Shown here one piece after another: positions 57,800-64,000 of a DNA stretch of 64,000 nucleotides (positions within the stretch are counted from its first letter, which is position 1; every line of letters starts with the position of its first letter). The notes under the pieces were generated by a model that ran no database searches, was not told the origin of the DNA, and saw only the letters and a list, made by a program, of their open reading frames with translations. The translations under genes were made by a program, and so were the position numbers. Source of the DNA: Azolla caroliniana (lineage: Eukaryota > Plantae > Polypodiophyta). The stretch is from assembly GCA_043228905.1 (NCBI GenBank), contig JBHGNT010000002.1, positions 12,214,001 to 12,278,000 on the forward strand. Reading direction: 5' to 3'.

Positions 57800-60700
57800 T
57801 CACTTCGGCATGGGATGTCTCTCCAACCCGATCCTCTTCCGGCATGCTTCCAGCTTGTCGGGTGTGAGCACTTTGGTCAGCATATCCGACCCGTTCTCGT
57901 CCGTGTGGATCTTCGTCAGCACGAACTCCTGGTCTTCGATCCTTTCCCGGATCCAGTGGTATCTACGCTGGATGTGTTTCGTCCGGGAATGGTAGGCCGC
58001 GTTCTTCGCAAGGTGGATGGCACTCTGACTGTCGCAGTAGAGTCGGTACTCCTCCTGCCGGATACCGAGCTCTCTAATGAAGTCCTTCATCCATATTATT
58101 TCCTTGCCGGCTTCAACAGCCGCCATGTACTCCGCCTCCGTGGTTGACAACGCAACCGTCTTCTGCAGCCTCGACTGCCACGAAACAGCTCCACCTGCAT
58201 ACGTCATCACATACCCTGATGTGGACCGGCTGGTATCTGCATCAGCCGACATATCCGAATCGGTGAAGCCGTCGAGTTCGGGCTTGCCGGAGCCGAATCG
58301 GAGGCACACGTTTGCCGTGCCCTTCAGGTATCGGAGTATCCACTTGACCGCGTTCCAGTGCTCTTTGCCGGGATTGCTCATGTACCGACTCACCACTCCA
58401 ACTGCATATCCTATGTCCGGTCTTGTACACACCATCGCGTACATCAAGCTCCCGACGGCAGAGGCATATGGTACTTTCATCATGTCCTCCTTCTCAGCCT
58501 TTGTCTTGGGGCTTTGCTTGCTGGACAGCTTGCAGTTTGCCGGGAGAGTCGACCCGACTGGTCTTGCTTCCGACATGTTGAACCGGTGAAGCACCTTTGT
58601 CACGTACTTCTCCTGTGACAGCCACAACTGCTTCTTCTTCCGGTCCCGGATGATGTGCATCCCTAGTATTTGCCTCGCCGGACCCAGGTCCTTCATTGAG
58701 AAGGTTCGGTGAAGAGCCTTCTTCAGCATCCGTATCTTGACCTGGTCCCGTCCGACGATCAACATGTCGTCCACGTACAGGAGGAGTATTAGAAAGTCTC
58801 CTCCTTCGAACTTCTTCACAAACACGCAGTGGTCAGACTGCGTTTTGTGGTACCCTTCGTCGGTCATGAAGGAGTCGAACTTCCGGTACCATTGCTGGGG
58901 AGCCTGCTTTAGTCCGTAGAGGCTCTTCTTCAGCCGGCATACCAGGTGCTCCTTCCCTTTCTTCTCGAATCCTTCCGGTTGCTGCATGTAGATCTCTTCT
59001 TCGAGGTCACCGTGAAGGAATGCCGTCTTCACGTCCATCTGTTCTACCTCGAGGTCCATGCTTGCCGCTATGCTCAGCACCGTCCGGATGGAGGTCATCT
59101 TCACTACCGGGGCAAATATCTCGTCGAAGTCGACGCCCTTCTTCTGCTGGAACCCCTTCACCACGATCCTGGCTTTGTATCTCGGGGGGTTTCCGGTATC
59201 TCCCGGTTTCAGCTTGAACACCCACTTGTTACGGAGTGCCCGTTTTCCTTTCGGCAACTCCACAAGTTCATATGTGTGGTTCTCATGCAGGGAATCCATC
59301 TCCTCCTGCATGGCACTTAGCCACCTGCGGCTATGGGTGTCATGCTTCGCTTCTTCAAAGCTCTCCGGCTCCCCCTCGTCGGTTAGCAGCACGTGCTCTG
59401 GTTCCGGAAATCTCCGGGGGGCCCTTCTCTCTCTTAGAGGATATCTCCGTTCCGGAGCTTCGGTAACCGGCTCCTCCGTTTCCTCTTCATCCGAATTCAT
59501 TTCGGGATCGGGGCCGGTTCCGGTATCAATTTCATCTTCCTCGGCCGGTTCTGTTTCTTCACCGTCTTCGGCCGGATCCTCGAGTGCTAACCGGTCCCTT
59601 GCCGGTCGGGACTGCTCCTCGTAGAGTTGATCCTCACCGGTCGACTTGGAGCTCTTCATCTTCTTCTCCGACTCCCAGTCGGCGAGTGTCTTGTCCTCCA
59701 TGAAGATGATATCTCTACTCCTGAATATCTTCTTGTCGACCGGGTCCCATACTCGGTAGCCGAACTCGTCGTCGCCGTAACCGAGGAATATGCATGGCCG
59801 GGTCTTTGGATCTAGCTTTCCTCTCCGGTCCTTTGCCACATGCACGTAAACGAGACACCCGAACACCTTCAGATGCCGGTAGGACACTTCCTTACCGGTC
59901 CACACTTTCTGCGGCGTGTCTCCGTCCAAAGGTACTGAGGGTGATCTGTTTATCACGTATGTCGCCGTCGACATTGCCTCAGCCCAAAACCCCTTGGGTA
60001 ATTTCGCATGCGCCAGCATACTCCGGACTCTCTCCATTATGGTCCGGTTCATCCTCTCGGCCAGCCCGTTCAGTTCCGGCGTCTTCGGCACAGTAAACTC
60101 GAGCCGGATTCCCTTCGAGCGACAGTACTCTGCGAACTGCCCCCGGTATTCCCCTCCGTTATCCGCTCGTATCGCTTTCAGCTTCTTGCCGGATTCTCTT
60201 TCCACTCTCGCGTGAAGTTCTTTGAAGACGGACAATACTTGGTCCTTTGTCTTCAGCGGTGCCGTCCACAGCTTCCGGCTGTGGTCATCTATGAATGTTA
60301 CGAAGTACTGGGCTCCGCCATGTGACTTCGTTTCTACCTGACACACATCAGTGTGCACCAACTCCAATGGTGCACTACGTCTCGTCGGTGGCCTTGAGTG
60401 GAAGGAGGTTCGGTTCTGTTTACCGGCCAGGCAATCGGTGCACTTCTCCAGGTGCACATGCTTCACTGGAATGAGGTTGTCTTCTGCAAGCCTCTTCATC
60501 CCCTTCTCACTCATGTGGCACAGTCTTTTGTGCCACAGCTCACCGGCTGTGTCGGCTGCCACGTTCAGCTCTTCCGGACATAGCCGGGAATTCATCAGGT
60601 ACAGCGTGTTGATCTTCCGGGCACGAGCCACTATCAGGCTCCCTTTGCTGAACTTCATGACACCGTTCCGGATGCTACCCGTGTAGCCTTCATCGTCTAG

Positions 60701-61873
60701 CCTCCCGGCCGAAATCAGGTTCAATCGAACCTCCGGAACGTGTCGGACATCCTTCAGCAGCATCTTGCATCCGGTTGATGTCATCAACCACACGTCTCCT
60801 ATGCCGGCAATCCGGCATGTACCTTCATTTCCCATCCGGACACAGCCGTGCTCACCGGCTGTGTAGGATGAGAAGTATTTCTTCTCCGGGGTCAGGTGGA
60901 ACGACGCTCCGGAATCGACCACCCAGGTCATCTCCTCACCGGCAAGGTTCAGCTCCGTCTCTTCGGTAATGAGCATTATCTCTTCTTCACTTGCCGCGAG
61001 TGCCGTCGTTCCTTTCCGGTCCTGCCCTCGCCGATCCGGACATCTCCGGTCCATGGCTCCCCGGTATGCACCGTTTCGCTCCGGTGACTTCTTCGAATCG
61101 GTGTCGTCGGCCCCGTTGTCCTTTCGGTAATGCCGACAATTCTTCCGGAAGTGCCCCGGCTTCCCACAGTGGAAGCATGTGGGTCTTCCTCTTGACTGCG
61201 ACCGGGTCCCCGACTTCTCCCGTCTTTGCGGACTCCGGTTCCATTGTCTTCCCCGTTCCGATTCGGTAAGCAGCGCCTTCGAGTCGGAGACCGGTTCTTT
61301 ATCTCTCCGACGCGCTTCTTCATTTAGAATACTTGTCTTTACCGTTTGTAGAGACAAGTTATCTTCGGTGCAGGAGGTGCTGAGAGTCACCACCAAGTTC
61401 TCCCAGCTGTCCGGCAATGTACACATCAGGATGATGGCTTGCATTGCATCCTCCAACGGGAACTTGATCGCCGCAAGCTGGTTCACGAATCCCATGAACG
61501 TGCTTACGTGTTCCACCATACTCTCGCCGTCCCGGTACTTGAGGTTCACTATCTTTCTCATCAGGGAGGTCCGGTTCAACGCATTCTTCCTCTCGTAGAG
61601 GCCCGACAGCTTCCTCCACATCTCATATGCGTTGGTGTCGTTCGCCACGTGTTGTAGAACGCTTACATCGACGTATTGCCGAATGGTTGCAACGGCTTTC
61701 CGGTTCAGAAGCCTCCATTCCGTCTCAAGTACCCCCTTCGGTATTTCCGACCTGTCAATCGGTTCGTACAGGTCCCGAACAATCAAAAGATACTCCATCT
61801 TGATCTTCCAGTCGGCGTAGTTCTGCGCATTCAGCACCATCATTCCCGGCTGCCCGCTGCTGCCGCCTTCCAT
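57800..61873 (-). CDS. gag-pol: Copia-3 gag-pol polyprotein, uninterrupted (about 1357 aa from ATG 61873)
   Basis: CFHCGKPGHFRKNC, WVVDSGASFH, LWHKRLCH/CTDC, FIDDHSR, ADNGGEY, LNGLAERMNR, YKARIVVKG, QMDVKTAFL, LLYVDDML, TDSD, LSTTEAEY, KHIQRRYH. Confidence 0.97.
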   Translation of the reverse strand: MEGGSSGQPGMMVLNAQNYADWKIKMEYLLIVRDLYEPIDRSEIPKGVLETEWRLLNRKAVATIRQYVDVSVLQHVANDTNAYEMWRKLSGLYERKNALNRTSLMRKIVNLKYRDGESMVEHVSTFMGFVNQLAAIKFPLEDAMQAIILMCTLPDSWENLVVTLSTSCTEDNLSLQTVKTSILNEEARRRDKEPVSDSKALLTESERGRQWNRSPQRREKSGTRSQSRGRPTCFHCGKPGHFRKNCRHYRKDNGADDTDSKKSPERNGAYRGAMDRRCPDRRGQDRKGTTALAASEEEIMLITEETELNLAGEEMTWVVDSGASFHLTPEKKYFSSYTAGEHGCVRMGNEGTCRIAGIGDVWLMTSTGCKMLLKDVRHVPEVRLNLISAGRLDDEGYTGSIRNGVMKFSKGSLIVARARKINTLYLMNSRLCPEELNVAADTAGELWHKRLCHMSEKGMKRLAEDNLIPVKHVHLEKCTDCLAGKQNRTSFHSRPPTRRSAPLELVHTDVCQVETKSHGGAQYFVTFIDDHSRKLWTAPLKTKDQVLSVFKELHARVERESGKKLKAIRADNGGEYRGQFAEYCRSKGIRLEFTVPKTPELNGLAERMNRTIMERVRSMLAHAKLPKGFWAEAMSTATYVINRSPSVPLDGDTPQKVWTGKEVSYRHLKVFGCLVYVHVAKDRRGKLDPKTRPCIFLGYGDDEFGYRVWDPVDKKIFRSRDIIFMEDKTLADWESEKKMKSSKSTGEDQLYEEQSRPARDRLALEDPAEDGEETEPAEEDEIDTGTGPDPEMNSDEEETEEPVTEAPERRYPLRERRAPRRFPEPEHVLLTDEGEPESFEEAKHDTHSRRWLSAMQEEMDSLHENHTYELVELPKGKRALRNKWVFKLKPGDTGNPPRYKARIVVKGFQQKKGVDFDEIFAPVVKMTSIRTVLSIAASMDLEVEQMDVKTAFLHGDLEEEIYMQQPEGFEKKGKEHLVCRLKKSLYGLKQAPQQWYRKFDSFMTDEGYHKTQSDHCVFVKKFEGGDFLILLLYVDDMLIVGRDQVKIRMLKKALHRTFSMKDLGPARQILGMHIIRDRKKKQLWLSQEKYVTKVLHRFNMSEARPVGSTLPANCKLSSKQSPKTKAEKEDMMKVPYASAVGSLMYAMVCTRPDIGYAVGVVSRYMSNPGKEHWNAVKWILRYLKGTANVCLRFGSGKPELDGFTDSDMSADADTSRSTSGYVMTYAGGAVSWQSRLQKTVALSTTEAEYMAAVEAGKEIIWMKDFIRELGIRQEEYRLYCDSQSAIHLAKNAAYHSRTKHIQRRYHWIRERIEDQEFVLTKIHTDENGSDMLTKVLTPDKLEACRKRIGLERHPMPK

Positions 61874-63303
61874 TTTCTGTGTTACCGTGCTCTGATACCA
61901 GTTTGTTGAGAAACAGCGCTCGGCCACAACCGAGGGATAGGATCAACTCACAGAAAATAGGAAGTACGAAATGCTCCAAGACAATAGAGAGAAGAGTACA
62001 CAGTATGTTTTTCGTGGAAAACCCTAAATGGGAAAAACCACGGGAGTCCTCAAACTCCAACTCACACTATACACAGAGATATACAATGGTGAAGCTACAA
62101 GGCAACAACCTTGAGCTCACTGTCTTCGCCACAGGCGGCGGCAATACGCAGAGGCAACGACCTCTTCGTCTCTCTCTCTCTCTCTCTCTCTCTCGGCTGC
62201 TCTCTTCACTCTCTCTAAGTGAAGAACAAGAAAAAAATAAGCAACAACAGTAAAACTGTTTGCCCTAAGTCATATTTATACACATATGACTTTCGGGCTA
62301 TTTACAAATATAGCCTCAAGGGCTCTTGGCAAAACATATTCACAAACATGTCCCCGCATCCGGATCTCTCTCCGGGTACATTCGTCATCCGGCTCCGTAG
62401 CCGGGGTATTCATCATCCGGCTCCGTAGCCGGGGTATTCATCATCCGGCTCCGTAGCCGGGGTCTTCGTCATCCGGCTCCGTAACCGGGGTTTTCAGCAT
62501 CCGGCTCCGTAACCGGGGTCTTCAGCATCCGGCTCCGTAATAGCTTCCGGGCTTGCCGTCATTCATCTCCGGACATCCCATCCGGAGGGACCGAAATCCC
62601 AACAGGATATCGGCGGCGAGTAGGCGGAAATCTGCAGCATATGCGGAGGCTGGACGGTCACCTTGGCGTAATCGCCGGATTTTGTTGATTGCAGTCCTTA
62701 TGCTGTCAGTATCTCCAAAACATGCTTTAAACTCACTTATGAATTCTTCAAAATTATTTAGTACTGGAGATTCCTTTTCTAGTAGCGGAGCGAACCATGC
62801 TAATGCTGAGCCATTTAACAACGTGCCTACTAAACCCACTCGTGATGCATCGGTGGGATATCGGGACGGATGCATTTGAATAACTAACCGTACCTGGTTA
62901 AGAAACCCTCTAAACTGCGATCGCGTTCCATCGAACTTCGTGGGAAGGCCAATCTTGGGTTCTTTATGAATCCCTTGTGCTCCGTGCCCTTGTTGTTGCA
63001 TTGCTACGATGGTTGCTTCGAGTTGTTGCACGCGTAACGCAAGTTCCCCATGCTGTTGTTGCGTTTGCTGCTTTTCTAAGGAAATTTGCTGAAGATCCCC
63101 CAACAAGCGTTGATTTTCTTGTTCCAAAGCATGAAACTTCTCTTTCAAGCATTGAAATTCCGAGAAAACGGATTGATACTCTTCAGCGCTAACGGTGGCC
63201 ATGGGATGAAGGAAAAGGGAAATAAGAGACTAGTAGGAAAGGAGGGAGACAGAAGGAAGAGGGAGAGAAAAGACCAGACAGGCACCCCAAAATCGGTTCA
63301 AAC

Positions 63304-63437
63304 TGTCAGGAACTCTATTAAGGCAGAGAAGGAATTAGTACTAAAAGAAGGATTAGTACTATTGTTGGGGAATAGTACTAAGACAGAGAAGGATTAGTAC
63401 TATGAGAGGTGTCGAACTTTTGAGAGAAGGAATGAGT

Positions 63438-63484
<47 letters not shown>

Positions 63485-63775
63485 ATGATGCGAAAGATAT
63501 ATGTATTATATGAAGGAAGATATACAACAGTAGTTAGAAGGCTTAAGACTGGCGTTGAACCGATTTGGTTCGAACTAATGCCTTGCGCCTCCTTTTATAG
63601 TGTCTTCAGGAATACTCCTGAAGTTTCTAGAATGTTCCAGAGAAATCTGGAATATACATCAATTTCCCAATAAAACCTAAATGAAAATAATGTCCTTCAA
63701 ATTACAATTCATAACCTAATGGTAAAGTCTCGACCCGTGTAACAAAAGGTTATGGGTTCGAGTCTAGTTATGACA
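63304..63775 (-). repeat. 5' LTR of chromovirus A
   Basis: Preceded by the PBS complement aaatcggttcaaac; followed by the TSD CCCTC. Confidence 0.95.
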
Positions 63776-63780
63776 CCCTC

Positions 63781-64000
63781 CAAACCGGGGACAAAGGAGA
63801 AACGAGCAACAGTCACAAGGTGTACTGTTATTACTGCCGTAAGGAAGGCCACTATAGTAACCAATGCCCAAGCAAAACCAATGACAAGCAGCTGGAAGTC
63901 AACATGGTTACAGCCGAAATAACAGAAGTACAGCAGATCACAACCCGGTCAAAGGGAAAGACCGCCGAGTGGGAAGCCCAGGAGGCAATCAGAAAACAAG
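63781..64000 (+). CDS. gag: Gypsy-2 gag, continuation after the 31.3-kb insertion
   Basis: QTGDKGETSNSHKVYCYYCRKEGHYSNQC...TTRSKGKTAEWEAQEAIRKQ, homologous to 13205-13480. Confidence 0.9.

Larger units (their letters stand above)
57087..62604 (-). mobile_element. Copia-3: intact, very young Ty1/Copia (Tork/Tnt1-like)
   Basis: LTRs 57087-57789 and 61904-62604, differing visibly by one substitution and one CT unit; TSD GGATA at 57082-57086 and 62605-62609; iMet PBS 61889-61900; PPT 57790-57800. Confidence 0.97.
56510..63202 (-). pseudogene. gag: Chromovirus A gag (63202-62605 plus 57086-56510), split by Copia-3
   Basis: MATVSAEEYQ...LLAADI|PWDDQALMEQF...EEELND*. Confidence 0.93.
32488..63775 (-). 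mobile_element. Chromovirus A (Tcn1-like Ty3/Gypsy): outer element, internally rearranged and expanded to 31.3 kb
   Basis: 472-bp LTRs 32488-32959 and 63304-63775 with one visible substitution; TSD CCCTC at 32483-32487 and 63776-63780; spans an N gap. Confidence 0.85.
30266..64000 (+). mobile_element. Gypsy-2: Tat-like Ty3/Gypsy (relative of Gypsy-1); gag interrupted at 32487/63781; continues beyond the window
   Basis: 5' LTR, PBS and gag; gag resumes in frame after the TSD (IPTL|QTGDKG...VYCYYCRKEGHYSNQC). Confidence 0.9.

Noticed and set aside
61874-61927. N-terminal extension of the Copia-3 polyprotein given in the ORF track
   Set aside because: It runs through the LTR end and PBS from a non-ATG start; the first ATG after the PBS is at 61873.

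Overview
Eukaryotic, almost certainly plant (moss-like), heterochromatic DNA made nearly entirely of nested transposons; no ordinary host gene is visible. Left part (1-17.8 kb): a Gypsy RT scrap, an old Copia relic, a complete but degenerate Copia (552-7380, TSD CAAAG, with a solo-LTR-like insert in gag), and a truncated Copia fused to an LTR-less non-chromoviral Gypsy. Middle (about 18.3-27.3 kb), the most unusual part: a decayed Sola1-like DDD transposase gene (minus strand) lies head-to-head with an intron-containing gene (plus strand). That gene encodes a ParB/Srx-like domain fused to a prokaryote-type beta-class DNA amino-methyltransferase (DIPY...NPYQKP...DLFSGTGTT, visible only after splicing), and its first intron holds an 8 x 51-bp palindromic array. 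Right part (27.6-64 kb): a multi-level nest. A degenerate Gypsy hosts a Tat-like Gypsy, whose gag is split by a 31.3-kb block bounded by two LTRs of a young Tcn1-like chromovirus (TSD CCCTC). The block contains a 3190-bp tandem array with an internal inversion, a 100-N gap, more copies of the same family and an intact young Tork/Tnt1-like Copia (TSD GGATA). The chromovirus family shows a Tf1-type self-priming site and a -1 frameshift signal; one copy has its R-U5 flipped, and there is an LTR-14 bp-LTR doublet. Lineage names are inferred from motifs by eye, without database searches.
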